This document shows positions 49,818-62,070 of a stretch of 64,000 nt of DNA, in pieces. A program made the position numbers and the translations under genes. Numbering within the stretch: the stretch's first letter is position 1; the number at the start of each line of letters is the position of its first letter. The notes beneath the pieces are model-generated. The model worked only from the letters and a program-made list of their open reading frames with translations, ran no database searches and had not been told where the DNA came from. Source of the stretch: Minisyncoccia bacterium (GTDB lineage Bacteria > Patescibacteriota > Minisyncoccia > UBA6257 > 2-01-FULL-56-20); the NCBI GenBank assembly GCA_050008535.1, contig JBEKML010000001.1, positions 2,246 to 66,245 on the forward strand, read 5' to 3'.

Positions 49818-50366
49818 ATGCCGCTACCCATCCATCCGCCCCCTGGCGGAAAAACGTTGATCGTCCTGGCAACACTGTCGGACTTGGACAAGGATGCTCT
49901 CGCAGATCTCTCTTTTGTCCTCTGTCCGATCGGTGAAGCGTACGAGAATCCCCAAATCCTGGCATCGGTCAGTCGGGTGATCGTTTGCACAAGATTCCTC
50001 AGCAAGGAACGAGTGCCTGACCTTATCCGGCATCTTGAAGCCAACGGTATCGTCCCAGAGGCTATTCAACTGGCAACGAGCATTGAGGCGATCCAGAAAT
50101 GGGCGCAAAGGGAAAACCGCCTGAATCCTCCCATCGCCCCCGAAAAGAAAGAAGAGGGCAAAAAACCCACCGTCATCCAGATCGTCGCGGACAACTGGCA
50201 AAGGACGGGGGGCGACAAGGGACAGCTTCTTGCCCTTGTCCGCGAATACTACCCCGATGCCCCTGAACGGGTGGTCCCTGACGCAAAGCACAGCATAAGG
50301 AAGTTAAGGAAGCGTGGGGGCCGACCGTCCGAAGGCGTTCCCGAAGTTCCGCCAACCCGATCCTGA
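49818..50366 (+). CDS. Hypothetical protein (182 aa).
   Basis: A strong AAAGGAGG SD lies 6 nt upstream of the ATG; no recognisable domain. Confidence 0.45.
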   Translation: MPLPIHPPPGGKTLIVLATLSDLDKDALADLSFVLCPIGEAYENPQILASVSRVIVCTRFLSKERVPDLIRHLEANGIVPEAIQLATSIEAIQKWAQRENRLNPPIAPEKKEEGKKPTVIQIVADNWQRTGGDKGQLLALVREYYPDAPERVVPDAKHSIRKLRKRGGRPSEGVPEVPPTRS

Positions 50367-50406
50367 CAAGGCCCGCGCCGATAACGCCGGGCCTTGAAAC
50401 TTTTTG

Positions 50407-50482
50407 CGCGGGCGATGGGATTTGAACCCACGACCTTCCCCGTGACAGGGGGACGCTCTAAACCAAGCTGAGCTACGCCCGC
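50407..50482 (-). tRNA. tRNA-Asp(GUC); no encoded CCA.
   Basis: GCGGGCG-TA-GCTC-AGCTTGGTTTA-GAGC-G-TCCCC-CTGTCAC-GGGGA-AGGTC-GTGGG-TTCAAAT-CCCAT-CGCCCGC-G. Confidence 0.8.
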
Positions 50483-50546
50483 AATTTCAACGCTTCTCGA
50501 AAATCTTATATTTTCTCTCGAGAGAACGCAAGGCACTGCATTTTTG

Positions 50547-52694
<2,148 letters not shown>

Positions 52695-53129
52695 CTACGG
52701 CATCGTTAGTGCCCCCGTGAAGTTGAGATAAAACGCCCGCCGCGCATCGGCATACGCGCCTCTCGCCACCGCAGAAACCACGTTTGCTGTATCGCTACAG
52801 GTGGACGTCGCGACGCCGGAACCGTCGTAACACGTCACCTGGACGGTCGCATCGTTTCCAAGGGCGCCCACCGGCTCCTGTTCCCGTTGCGCCCCCATGC
52901 AACGCGAGGAGCTTGTCGCGTCACAATAAAAATCGAACAGCGCCCATTCGACGCCTGCGTCCGCCGCGAAGATCGCCTTCGCGGAATTTCCCGAATCCCT
53001 CGTCGCCCTTATTTGATAGAGCATCAGAAGCCCGGCGATCGTCGTCGCCCCGAGGATCGCCCCGCTGAACGCGAGGACCGCAATCAGCATTGATTGGCCG
53101 TTTTTTTGGTTCGTTTTTTTCATCAGCAT
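52695..53129 (-). CDS. Pilin-like protein (putative minor pilin lacking the canonical Glu5).
   Basis: The N-terminus KNGQSMLIAVLAFSGAILGATTIAG resembles a class III signal with a hydrophobic helix. It lies in the pilin cluster and has a Cys pair near the C-terminus. Confidence 0.35.
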   Translation of the reverse strand: MLMKKTNQKNGQSMLIAVLAFSGAILGATTIAGLLMLYQIRATRDSGNSAKAIFAADAGVEWALFDFYCDATSSSRCMGAQREQEPVGALGNDATVQVTCYDGSGVATSTCSDTANVVSAVARGAYADARRAFYLNFTGALTMP

Positions 53130-53725
53130 GAAGCGGTGGGGCCCGACGTACAGTCGATCGCCCGTGCGCTCACGGTCGTCTGTAGGTCCAGCACGGTATT
53201 ATATCCCGGCGTAAGATAGGTCGAGCTCGGACTTACTTCCATGGAGATCGTGATGCGCGGGGTCCAGTTGTCGCCTTCTGTCTGCCCCTGCAGATAAAAA
53301 CTAAGATGCCGGACATCCACGTTATCGCTCGTCACGGGATCAAAGTTCCCGCTCCCGCCGATCTCCCGCTTGATCGCGCCGTTCTCCAGCCGATATTGCA
53401 CTTCCTGGGGCGTCGCACTGAAGAAAGCAATGAGGTTGTCGCACTGCCATGCCCCGCCGTTCTCTACGGTGCAAGCGCGGGCGCACGCTCCGTCGCCTCC
53501 ATCGGGAGTATTGCTCCCGGGAAGGTGGCAAAAAAGATAGCCCGTGCGCATTTCTCTCGCCATCTGTTCCAAGATCAAATTGGCGTTTGACTGGACCGAG
53601 ATCATCGCGGTGATCTGGCGCTGCGTGCGGAGCGCATTCGTGAACCCGCCCCAGGCGACACCGACAAGGATGGAAAACAAGCCGACTGCGATCAATGCTT
53701 CAACCAACGTGAATCCTTTTTTCAT
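53123..53725 (-). CDS. Type IV pilin / pseudopilin (prepilin-type N-terminal methylation domain).
   Basis: MKKGFTLVEALIAVGLFSILVGVAW matches the prepilin motif G|FTLVE. Confidence 0.7.
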   Translation of the reverse strand: MKKGFTLVEALIAVGLFSILVGVAWGGFTNALRTQRQITAMISVQSNANLILEQMAREMRTGYLFCHLPGSNTPDGGDGACARACTVENGGAWQCDNLIAFFSATPQEVQYRLENGAIKREIGGSGNFDPVTSDNVDVRHLSFYLQGQTEGDNWTPRITISMEVSPSSTYLTPGYNTVLDLQTTVSARAIDCTSGPTASC

Positions 53726-53732
53726 GGTTGTG

Positions 53733-54281
53733 TTATGGATGCCAATTATAGAAACGGTCTTCAAGATTGATGCTCTGGGAGGCAAGCGGCCCCGTCGACC
53801 ACCGCACGATGGAGCTCACCACGATCTCGTTCGCATTCGGCACGGCGACCCGCACATCCCTTGTAAATACCGTCGCCACCGCACCGGCGGTTACCTGATA
53901 GCTATAAAGATGCGTGTTCGGATCAAGGTTTAAATGGCGGGTGCCGTCATAGGACGCGATCTCGGCGCAGTCGGTGGTCGTGTAGTCAAGCTGGAAGTCA
54001 TTGCCTCCCGTATTCGCCGCTGCCGTACCAAAACAAGAACCCCACCCAAGTCCTGCGGGCGGAACAGCAAGGTGAGCATAAACATCATGATCAATGAGGT
54101 TCTTTGCGATCTCAATCCCCTCGGAGGCCAAGTACGTTGCGACGGCTTCGTCGGCGATCACCCGGCCCAAAAAGAACGATTGGCCAAGCAGCGACGCGAT
54201 GCCGAGAAGGCCCGTCGTAAGCATAGTGAGCGCGATCATCACCTCCAGGAGCGACTGACCCTTATGATGCGAGAATTTCAT
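53733..54281 (-). CDS. Type IV minor pilin-like protein.
   Basis: KGQSLLEVMIALTMLTTGLLGIASL is a prepilin-type leader with Glu at +5. Confidence 0.6.
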   Translation of the reverse strand: MKFSHHKGQSLLEVMIALTMLTTGLLGIASLLGQSFFLGRVIADEAVATYLASEGIEIAKNLIDHDVYAHLAVPPAGLGWGSCFGTAAANTGGNDFQLDYTTTDCAEIASYDGTRHLNLDPNTHLYSYQVTAGAVATVFTRDVRVAVPNANEIVVSSIVRWSTGPLASQSINLEDRFYNWHP

Positions 54282-54286
54282 GCTAT

Positions 54287-54889
54287 TCAAAAACTTATTT
54301 GTCCGGCGGCGTTCACGGAGATCATTGAGCTCGACTTTCCATCAGAAGTCACAAGGTACACGCGGGAGGTCGTGTTCGGCGTCACTTGGGAATCGAGAAA
54401 AGTTCCGCCGTCGCGGCTCATAAGCGTTACGGGTGCCGGCGGATAAAAGAGTACGACAACAAGATCGTCGCCATTTCCCCCTGATCGCAGGCGCACGCCG
54501 TTCATAGGAGAAATATTCCACGAATCAGGCGAGTACTGGACCGTCTCGGTCGAAGGAGAAATGCCCGCAGCCGTTGTCGATGCCGCCCTCGGGCACGGCG
54601 GTACGGAACCGGGACCTCCATACTTTGCAGGGTCGGGATTGAAACCAAAAAGCGAATAGGCGTTTTGAGCCACGTTGAAAGACACTCCGTAGGCGCAGGT
54701 TTTCGGGTTCTGTGCGTAGGTGACAACGGAAAGCTCTTTGGCGCGAAGGATGAACCCGGCGATCTTTGAGGTCTCCACCGAGAGCGCTATCTGATTCCGC
54801 TCGACGCTCGTATAGGTGATCGCAATTCCGGAAAGCAACGCGGAAATGCCGAGGACGATGAGAAGTTCAATAAGAGTAAAACCCTTCAT
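54287..54889 (-). CDS. Type IV pilin. The start is taken at ATG 54889, not the long upstream extension.
   Basis: MKGFTLIELLIVLGISALLSGIAI is a canonical prepilin N-terminus. Confidence 0.7.
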   Translation of the reverse strand: MKGFTLIELLIVLGISALLSGIAITYTSVERNQIALSVETSKIAGFILRAKELSVVTYAQNPKTCAYGVSFNVAQNAYSLFGFNPDPAKYGGPGSVPPCPRAASTTAAGISPSTETVQYSPDSWNISPMNGVRLRSGGNGDDLVVVLFYPPAPVTLMSRDGGTFLDSQVTPNTTSRVYLVTSDGKSSSMISVNAAGQISF

Positions 54890-55734
54890 AAGCCTATTAT
54901 ACGAAAATACCATTGAAAAGCGGTGGCGCCGAAAAAAAGAACGAACACGGCGCCCGCGGCGAGGAAGGGCACGAAAGGCACGGCGCTTTTCATGGTTTTC
55001 CGCTTTCCCAAGAGGAGCATGGCGCCGACAAGCCCGCCAAAGACGAAAGCGAAAGCCGAAAGGAAAAGGATGTCCGGCCAGCCAAAAAGAAATCCGAGAG
55101 GAACCGAAAGCGTTACATCCCCGATCCCCATTCCCTTCCCCCGCGTCCCAAGAACAAGAAGTCCAAAAAGGACTGCGCCGAAAAGGGCGCCCACAAGGTG
55201 GCCAAGCCACACGTTCCCATAGAGATAAGCGCCGAAAAGCGCCGCGGGTGCCCCAAAAAACGATTGCTGTTCAGGGCCAAGATAAGCTCCTGCGAAGATC
55301 GCCTCAAAAAGAGCGACGGTGCCGAGGAGCACGACGAGCTCGTCTGGGACGATTTGTAGCCGAAGATCAACGTAAGCGATGAGGAGCAGTATCTCAAAGG
55401 CGAGGATCCAAAGGCCGGAAATAAAATACCATCCCGCGGGGACAAGCCAGGGATAAACAACAAAGTGCAGGGGGACAAAGACGAAAATGGCGGCGGAAAT
55501 GAGTTCCACCAAGGGATAGCGAAAGCCGATTTTTGCTCCGCAGCTCCGGCATCTTCCGCGCTGAATGGCAAAACTTGCGAGCGGAATGAGTTCGAACCAG
55601 CGAAGGGTGTGCTTACAATGGGGGCAGCGCGAGCGGCCGCCGACATGCCAGCCACCATCATAGCGCAAGGCGAGCACGTTCAAAAAACTCCCCACCGCAA
55701 GGCCGAAAAGGAAAAGAAAAACAAAGGCCGCCAT
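54886..55734 (-). CDS. pilD: Prepilin peptidase (A24 family, PilD).
   Basis: An N-terminal Zn-binding CPHCKH...CRSCGAKI pair, then a polytopic membrane core with the catalytic Asp motifs (...MGIGDVTL...). Confidence 0.85.
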   Translation of the reverse strand: MAAFVFLFLFGLAVGSFLNVLALRYDGGWHVGGRSRCPHCKHTLRWFELIPLASFAIQRGRCRSCGAKIGFRYPLVELISAAIFVFVPLHFVVYPWLVPAGWYFISGLWILAFEILLLIAYVDLRLQIVPDELVVLLGTVALFEAIFAGAYLGPEQQSFFGAPAALFGAYLYGNVWLGHLVGALFGAVLFGLLVLGTRGKGMGIGDVTLSVPLGFLFGWPDILFLSAFAFVFGGLVGAMLLLGKRKTMKSAVPFVPFLAAGAVFVLFFGATAFQWYFRIIGL

Positions 55735-55752
55735 GAAATTATTGTACCATGC

Positions 55753-55785
55753 AAAACCGCATCCCCATCAGGGGAATGCGGTTTT
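55753..55785 (-). terminator. Hairpin terminator immediately downstream of the major pilin gene pilA.
   Basis: aaaaccgcatcccc-atca-ggggaatgcggtttt, a 14-bp stem with one bulge. Confidence 0.45.
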
Positions 55786-55809
55786 GGTTCGCGGCACAGA
55801 AACAAAAAA

Positions 55810-56340
55810 TTATAGCGCGACGCAATAGGTGGCGCTGCCCGCAGGAAGAACTTTGCTGCAGCCGGTGTCGGGAACAATCGATACTGCATCCGTTATCCAT
55901 ATGTATCCAGCTGCGGATGGCGCAGTGTAGCCGTTGAAGACGCTGTTACTCGGGTTTTCAAGCGCCACGCCGAGAACGTAAGCCGTATTGCCGGAGTTAT
56001 AAGCGTAACCGTACGACCGATTCGAGCTCGGATCGCCCGGAATAGCGCTCACGCCGATGCCGGCCGCCGTGAGCATGCTCCCAAAACCGGTCCAGGTGGC
56101 CGGGCTTGGAGCGGCAGTGCTGCAAGCGCCGCCGGAAACGTTTCCGGGATAGTAACCGCACTTGTTGTAGAAGAGTTCAAGAGCGTTCTGTACTTGGCGG
56201 ATGTCGGAAAGGCGGCGCGCGTCGCGACCCGCCTGTTGCGTAGGACCGAGACCCACAAGGACCACCGACGCCAAGATAGCAATGATCGCGACAACGATCA
56301 ATATTTCAATAAGGGTAAAGCCCTGTCTTTTTTTGTTCAT
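55810..56340 (-). CDS. pilA: Major type IV pilin (PilA-like).
   Basis: MNKKRQGFTLIEILIVVAIIAILASVVLVGL. It has its own extended -10 promoter (TGtTATAAT) and an AAGGAGA SD upstream. Confidence 0.85.
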   Translation of the reverse strand: MNKKRQGFTLIEILIVVAIIAILASVVLVGLGPTQQAGRDARRLSDIRQVQNALELFYNKCGYYPGNVSGGACSTAAPSPATWTGFGSMLTAAGIGVSAIPGDPSSNRSYGYAYNSGNTAYVLGVALENPSNSVFNGYTAPSAAGYIWITDAVSIVPDTGCSKVLPAGSATYCVAL

Positions 56341-56385
56341 TCTCCTTGAAACAAATCTTTCGACCTTTTCGTTGGTTGCTTTTCC

Positions 56386-56400
56386 ATTATAACACAGGAA
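56386..56400 (-). promoter_or_regulatory. Extended -10 promoter (TGTTATAAT) for pilA.
   Basis: The minus strand reads cctgTGtTATAATggaaaagcaaccaacgaaaaggtcgaaagatttgtttcAAGGAGAatg. Confidence 0.5.
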
Positions 56401-56417
56401 CCCCGATCCGACGGCTT

Positions 56418-57629
56418 CTAATGGATGCTCGACGTTAAACTGTAGATGGGGATAAGAATGGAAGCAAAGAGAAACCCCACCATAAGGCCCATCACTATCA
56501 TCAAAATGGGCTGGATAAGGTCAACCAAGTTGTTTGTTACCTGGTCGGCCTCGCGAGTATAGGTTGCCGCAAGCCGTCTGAACATTTCCTCCATTTTCCC
56601 CGTGCTTTCCCCCACCCCCACCATCTGCGAAACGACCGGCGGGAAAAACTGCGGATACGCCGCGATACTTTCCGAAAGAAGTTTTCCCTGCCGCACGTCG
56701 TCGGCAATGTCATGGATAACGTCTTTATAGAGGATATTCCCCACCATGTGCCCGATGATCTCGAGTGTCTGTTCGATGGGGATGCCGCCGTGGATCAAAA
56801 GCGCCGCTGAATTCCCGAATCGCGCCATGATGACCGGAAGATACACTTTTTTTGCGATGGGCAGCCGGATCTTAGAATCGTCGAGAAGCGCTTTTCCTTC
56901 GTCGGTCCCAAAATAGTCCGTGAGAGCAAGGCCGGACATAGCGACGGCGACGAGAATCACCACCCACCATTTCGCCAAAAAATTCCCCGTATTAAGAAGA
57001 GCTTGCGTATACCACGGTAATGATATGTCGTTCTGGGTAAACACCACTCCGATGGAAGGGAAAACGAACGTAATAAGGATAAAGGCGACCACCAAAAAAA
57101 GCAGGAGCACGATGGCGGGATAAATGAGCGCCGAGGATGCCTTGCTTGCAAGGTTTCCCTCGCGTTCGGTGTAATCGGCAAGGAAGCCGACGATCTCGTT
57201 CAAATTTCCCGTTACCTCCGCAGCGCGCACCATCTCTACATAGAAATGGGGGAATATCGTCCCTTGGCGCTCGAGCGCTTGAGAGAAGGAAAGTCCGGAA
57301 TCGATATCTTCCGAAACCTGGTAGACCGCTTCCTTCAAAAGTTTGTTCGCGGTCTGTTCGTAAAGGATCTTCAGGGCGTTGTTCAGGGGAAGCCGCGCCT
57401 CAAGGAGCGTCGCAAGCTGGCGCACGAAAACTATCATGTCTTTGCGGCGCACCCGGTTCAAAAGCGAAGACAGCCGGTCCGCAATGCCGGGGCTTTCCGC
57501 GGACTCAACGCTCAAAACAAAAAGGTCGTGACTTGTAAGAATATTGAGCGCGCCGTCACGGCTTCCTGCGTCCACAAATCCCACCTGCGGCTCCCCTTCC
57601 TTAGTTTTTGCCTGATATTTGAACCTCAT
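56418..57629 (-). CDS. pilC: Type IV pilus inner-membrane platform protein PilC (GspF family).
   Basis: Two GspF repeats and three TM segments; 403 aa. Confidence 0.85.
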   Translation of the reverse strand: MRFKYQAKTKEGEPQVGFVDAGSRDGALNILTSHDLFVLSVESAESPGIADRLSSLLNRVRRKDMIVFVRQLATLLEARLPLNNALKILYEQTANKLLKEAVYQVSEDIDSGLSFSQALERQGTIFPHFYVEMVRAAEVTGNLNEIVGFLADYTEREGNLASKASSALIYPAIVLLLFLVVAFILITFVFPSIGVVFTQNDISLPWYTQALLNTGNFLAKWWVVILVAVAMSGLALTDYFGTDEGKALLDDSKIRLPIAKKVYLPVIMARFGNSAALLIHGGIPIEQTLEIIGHMVGNILYKDVIHDIADDVRQGKLLSESIAAYPQFFPPVVSQMVGVGESTGKMEEMFRRLAATYTREADQVTNNLVDLIQPILMIVMGLMVGFLFASILIPIYSLTSSIH

Positions 57630-57638
57630 TCCTGCTTG

Positions 57639-58715
57639 CTATGTTCTTTCAAGAAGGATCCGGAGCTCCGCCGGGTTCAACGAATACAGCTCGGCGTTCT
57701 CGAGCGTGATCTCCTTGTTCTTCACAAGATTCACGAGCGCCCGGTTCAAGGTCACCATGCCTTCCTGGAGTGAAGTCTCTATCACAAGGTCTATCTGGTA
57801 GGTCTTCCGCTCGCGAATGAGGTTTCGGATGGCGGGATTCACGATCATGATCTCCATTGCGGGGATACGCCCGCCCGAAATGCGCGGCAGGAGCCGTTCG
57901 GAAACGATCGCGACGAGCGTGGCCGCAAGCTGCGAGGTCACCTGGCTCTGTTGCTCGGCAGGGAAAGAATCAATGATGCGGTCAACGGTCTGTGAGGCGG
58001 AGTTTGTATGTAAGGTGGAGAGTACCAAATGGCCCGTCTCCGCCGCGGTCATCGCTGTGGAGATTGAAACGGTATCGCGCATCTCGCCGATCATAACCAC
58101 GTCCGGGTCCTGCCGGAGCACGGTGCGAAGCGCAGAATGGAAACCGACCGTATCGCTTCCCACCTCACGTTGCGATACGATGCATTTATCTTGGACAAAG
58201 AGATACTCCACCGGGTCCTCGATCGTAATGATGTGGTCCGAGCGCATATGATTGACCTCGTCAAGGACCGCGGCGAGCGTGGAAGATTTTCCGTGTCCCG
58301 CCGGCCCCACAATAAGAATGAATCCCTGGGACAATTTGGCGAAATCGTGGAGGATCGGCGGCAAGTTAAGTTCTTCAATAGTACGGATACGCGCGGGCAC
58401 CAGGCGCAATGCCGCCGCCAGGTATCCGCGCTGGAAATAGATATTCACGCGGAAACGCGCCTTGTCTTCAAAGCTGTAAGCGAGGTCGAGCTGCCGGTCG
58501 GCAAGCAGTTTCTGCTTCTGGGGGCCCGTGATAAGCTCGCCAATGATGCCCTCGGCTATGTCGGGCGTAAGGATCGGTTCTTTCTGGAGCGGCACGAGTG
58601 CGCCGTCAATGCGCAGCGTGGGCCGGCGCCCCACCGCGATGTGGAGATCCGACGCGTTCTGCCGCGCGCACGTCGTCAGCAAGTCGTTCAGTTTTGCCTT
58701 ATAATCTTCCGCCAT
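57639..58715 (-). CDS. pilT: Type IV pilus retraction ATPase PilT.
   Basis: Walker A GPAGHGKSST, Asp box, Walker B and His box, with a PilT-type N-terminus; 358 aa. Confidence 0.85.
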   Translation of the reverse strand: MAEDYKAKLNDLLTTCARQNASDLHIAVGRRPTLRIDGALVPLQKEPILTPDIAEGIIGELITGPQKQKLLADRQLDLAYSFEDKARFRVNIYFQRGYLAAALRLVPARIRTIEELNLPPILHDFAKLSQGFILIVGPAGHGKSSTLAAVLDEVNHMRSDHIITIEDPVEYLFVQDKCIVSQREVGSDTVGFHSALRTVLRQDPDVVMIGEMRDTVSISTAMTAAETGHLVLSTLHTNSASQTVDRIIDSFPAEQQSQVTSQLAATLVAIVSERLLPRISGGRIPAMEIMIVNPAIRNLIRERKTYQIDLVIETSLQEGMVTLNRALVNLVKNKEITLENAELYSLNPAELRILLERT

Positions 58716-58737
58716 CTTTTCTGTAAGTATAACACAG

Positions 58738-60462
58738 CTACGCTTCCTCCGTTTCCCGTATCACTTCTTCCATCAACGTAATGCCATCAAGCGCTTTCAT
58801 AACGCCATCCTGCCGCAATGTAATCATTCCCTGACGTTTCGCTTCGGCCGTAATTTTCTGGGTAGTGGCGCCGTTCGCAATAATCTCCCCCAAAGCCGGC
58901 GTCATGCGAAATACTTCATAGATCGCTACGCGGTCCACAATTCCCTTGCCCTTGCAGATCTCACAGCCCTTCGTATGCCAAACCTTATACGGCGCCGGAT
59001 ATTTTGACGCAACTTCCGGCCGTACGCCCTCAAGCGTCCGCGTAATAACCTTTTGAAGTTCCGGCGACGCTTCTTCCTGAAACTTGCAATTGGAGCAGAT
59101 CTGTCCCACAAGACGCTGGGCCATCATCAGATTGAGCGAAACAGGAAGCAGGAAAGGCTCCACCTTCATATCAATAAGGCGCGGGATAACCCCTGCGGCA
59201 TTGTTCGTGTGAAGCGTAGAGAGCACGATGTGGCCCGTAAGCGCGGCCTGGACGGCGAGTCCCGCCGTTTCGTCGTCGCGAATCTCGCCGACCATCACAA
59301 TGTCCGGGTCCTGCCGCAGGATCTGCCGGAGCCCCGAGGCAAAATCATAACCGATCTCCGGACGCACCTGCGACTGATTGACGCCTGCGACGAAGTATTC
59401 CACCGGATCTTCCAAGCTTACGATATTGACCGCCTCCTGGTTCAGTTTCTTCAAGAATGCATACAGCGTCGTTGTTTTCCCCGATCCCGTCGGCCCCGTC
59501 ACGAGCACCATGCCAAACGGCCGCTCAAGCCCCGCTTTCACCATTTCAAGATTGCCGTAATGGAGCGGAAGATTCTCAAATTCCTTCAATCCTTTTGAGG
59601 GATCGAGCACGCGGATTGCCACCTTCTCGCCAAGCGGGGTGGGAAAGGTCGCCACGCGGAAATCAACGTCGCGGCCCGCGATCCTTGCCCGGAAACGGCC
59701 GTCCTGTGGGATTCTTGCTTCGTCGATCTTCAAACTGGAAATGACCTTCACGCGCGAGACGATCGGCTGCGAAAGTTGCGTAGGCAAGGACGCCACCTGG
59801 TGCAGGTCGCCATTATTTCTGAGGCGGATACGCAGGTAGTTCTCCTGGGGTTCAATATGGATGTCCGAAGCTCCGGAGAGCACTGCTTCGCGGAAGGTGT
59901 CCGCAACGATCTTGATCACCGGCGCTTCTTCCCCGCCCGTTGCATCCTCCAGGCTGACCATCCTCCGGACGCCTTCCCCTTCTTTAAGGTTCAGCGACTG
60001 GACGGCGTTCGCGATGGTCGCCCGATAAGGAGAATATTTTTTAAGGATTTCTTCCCAGTCGCCGTACGAAATAAGATATACGCCAAGATTGAGATGATTC
60101 TGCCGTGCGACGAACTTCAACACGTCCTGCGCTTTGGGATCGTCGGGATGGAGCATTCCTACAACAAGAAGATTGTCTTGAAGCGCGATGGGAATCGCCT
60201 GATAGGTTCTCGCCGTCTCTTCCGAAACAAGCTCGAAGAGCTTCGCGTCAACGTCCGTAGGGGAAATCTTTTTATAGGGAACTTTCAAGAGCGCGCTTTT
60301 GAGTTCGGCGATCTTCGTGTCGGGAACCGCGCGCTGCTTCGCGATTACCGCTTCTATTGAATCGCCGCTTATAAGCGCCTCGCGCGCGAGCCGTTTCGCA
60401 AGGGCCTCGTCAACAAGCCCCTTCGCCTGCATCTGTTTCAAAAGTTCTTCGGAGGTCATCAT
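58738..60462 (-). CDS. pilB: Type IV pilus assembly ATPase PilB (GspE family).
   Basis: N-terminal GSPII domains, Walker A GPTGSGKTTT, and a tetracysteine CSNC...CEIC motif; 574 aa. Confidence 0.85.
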   Translation of the reverse strand: MMTSEELLKQMQAKGLVDEALAKRLAREALISGDSIEAVIAKQRAVPDTKIAELKSALLKVPYKKISPTDVDAKLFELVSEETARTYQAIPIALQDNLLVVGMLHPDDPKAQDVLKFVARQNHLNLGVYLISYGDWEEILKKYSPYRATIANAVQSLNLKEGEGVRRMVSLEDATGGEEAPVIKIVADTFREAVLSGASDIHIEPQENYLRIRLRNNGDLHQVASLPTQLSQPIVSRVKVISSLKIDEARIPQDGRFRARIAGRDVDFRVATFPTPLGEKVAIRVLDPSKGLKEFENLPLHYGNLEMVKAGLERPFGMVLVTGPTGSGKTTTLYAFLKKLNQEAVNIVSLEDPVEYFVAGVNQSQVRPEIGYDFASGLRQILRQDPDIVMVGEIRDDETAGLAVQAALTGHIVLSTLHTNNAAGVIPRLIDMKVEPFLLPVSLNLMMAQRLVGQICSNCKFQEEASPELQKVITRTLEGVRPEVASKYPAPYKVWHTKGCEICKGKGIVDRVAIYEVFRMTPALGEIIANGATTQKITAEAKRQGMITLRQDGVMKALDGITLMEEVIRETEEA

Positions 60463-60547
60463 GATACCTCTATTTTAACACAACGCAGCGCAGAGCAGGA
60501 TTCGAATTCGTCCCGGCACTTCAAAACGCTTTTGCTTTGCCGCAGCC

Positions 60548-60853
60548 TTACGGCGCCACGAACGGGTTCGCGCGGCCGACCGCGGCGGGACCCTGCGGGG
60601 AAGGCAGCGGGAACGTAGGCGGCTTCAATAACTGGAACCCGGGGCTATTGAGCACGTCCTCCGGATGGAGGGTCGCCTGCGAAATAGGCGCGATATTCTG
60701 AAGTCCTTCGGGAGGCACAACGATCACGAGCGACGGAGGAGCAACGAAGAAAAGGTAATAGATCGCAACGCCCAAAACTCCAATGACCACAAGCCACCCT
60801 ATGAGGCGGGGGAGGTTCACCTTGCTTCTTTTTTCTTCAATAAGGATGGCCAT
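60548..60853 (-). CDS. Hypothetical small membrane protein, Pro-rich C-terminus, in the pilus locus.
   Basis: 101 aa with one TM (LIGWLVVIGVLGVAIYYLFFV). Confidence 0.35.
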   Translation of the reverse strand: MAILIEEKRSKVNLPRLIGWLVVIGVLGVAIYYLFFVAPPSLVIVVPPEGLQNIAPISQATLHPEDVLNSPGFQLLKPPTFPLPSPQGPAAVGRANPFVAP

Positions 60854-60859
60854 GGATAA

Positions 60860-61489
60860 TTAAGGGACCTGATAATAAGTGGTGACCGTAAAGTTATAAG
60901 TGAAAAAATCGGGGGTAACTTGGGCTCCTTTCCCGCCAATGGCGATGCCGGATGCCGCTTGGGTTGAGAGCGTGGTCAGGTCGAAAACGCGGATGTTGGT
61001 TTCAAGCTGCGAAAAGAAATTTTTAAAATTTTCGTAGCTTCCAAGGGCCGTGATTTGGAGCGAGAGGGCTCCCGTTGGTTTTATGATCTGGATTTCCTCG
61101 ACCGACGTGGAGGCGCTTCCTCTTTGGGCTTGATTTGGCACCTGCACCGTCGGCGGATTAATCCCCACATTCTGGATTACGATGTTGTTGTTTTGGGCGA
61201 TACCATAGACCTCCGCGAGCGCCATCGCCACATTCGGCCCCGTGGGCATTGCGAGCGCAAGGTTGTTCTCTGCCAGGCTCTCATTCTGGTATTGGCTGAT
61301 CAATTTTTTCGCCTGGGCGACCACTTGCTGTTCGTGGTCAAAGAGAGTTTGATTGCTCAATACTGTCGCTTTTTTTGTCTGAAGATCCCCGTACGTCGGT
61401 TGGATGAGGTCAAAAAAGATGAACAACGCAGCCGCGAGGAAAACGAGGGAGAGAATCATACTTGAAAGCCGTTTTGAACTTTGTTTCAT
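60860..61489 (-). CDS. pilO: PilO-like pilus assembly protein.
   Basis: N-terminal TM, coiled-coil, then a periplasmic alpha/beta domain; about 200 aa; positioned between pilN-like and pilB. Confidence 0.45.
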   Translation of the reverse strand: MKQSSKRLSSMILSLVFLAAALFIFFDLIQPTYGDLQTKKATVLSNQTLFDHEQQVVAQAKKLISQYQNESLAENNLALAMPTGPNVAMALAEVYGIAQNNNIVIQNVGINPPTVQVPNQAQRGSASTSVEEIQIIKPTGALSLQITALGSYENFKNFFSQLETNIRVFDLTTLSTQAASGIAIGGKGAQVTPDFFTYNFTVTTYYQVP

Positions 61490-61502
61490 GGTATGAGGAT
61501 GA

Positions 61503-62060
61503 TTATGGCGATTGGCGAAGGGTAAGCGACGGATCCATGGTAAGGATCATATTGAATTGCCACTGCCCGCCCGTGGCGGAAAGAACGACCGACGAGAGAT
61601 CCACGGCCCTCACTTCGGGGGCGGCCTCAAAAATCGCGGCTTGCTGATTCACGTCCGCTTCGGTCTTTGCGGCCCCGGAGAGTGCGATCTTGTTCCCTGC
61701 CGAAAAAGCGAGGTGCGAATAATACACATTTGCTTCGGTGTTCTTCTCAAGCCAAGAGAGGAAGCGGGAAAAAACGACGTGATTCGCGACGGCAGTCTTA
61801 ACATTCACGATCTCCGAATAAAAGGTGATGAACTTCGCCCGGTCATCCGAGGAAATTGATTTTGTAAGCGTGTTGATCTGGGTGCTCAATTGCGCGGTCT
61901 GCGCGTCGAGGTACGGCTCATAGCCGAAGGTAAGGCCGAAGTAAACCGCGAGCGCGATCGCAAGGATCCCGCAGGAGAACGTAAGCAAACCCAAGGACCA
62001 TCCCGGCGTTTCGGGAGGTTCCCTGGTTAAGCGATCAATGACTTGTTGAGGAAGGGCCAT
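61503..62060 (-). CDS. pilN: PilN-like pilus assembly protein.
   Basis: Short cytoplasmic N-terminus, a single TM, then a periplasmic domain; 185 aa; downstream of pilM. Confidence 0.45.
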   Translation of the reverse strand: MALPQQVIDRLTREPPETPGWSLGLLTFSCGILAIALAVYFGLTFGYEPYLDAQTAQLSTQINTLTKSISSDDRAKFITFYSEIVNVKTAVANHVVFSRFLSWLEKNTEANVYYSHLAFSAGNKIALSGAAKTEADVNQQAAIFEAAPEVRAVDLSSVVLSATGGQWQFNMILTMDPSLTLRQSP

Positions 62061-62070
62061 GTTGCAAAAT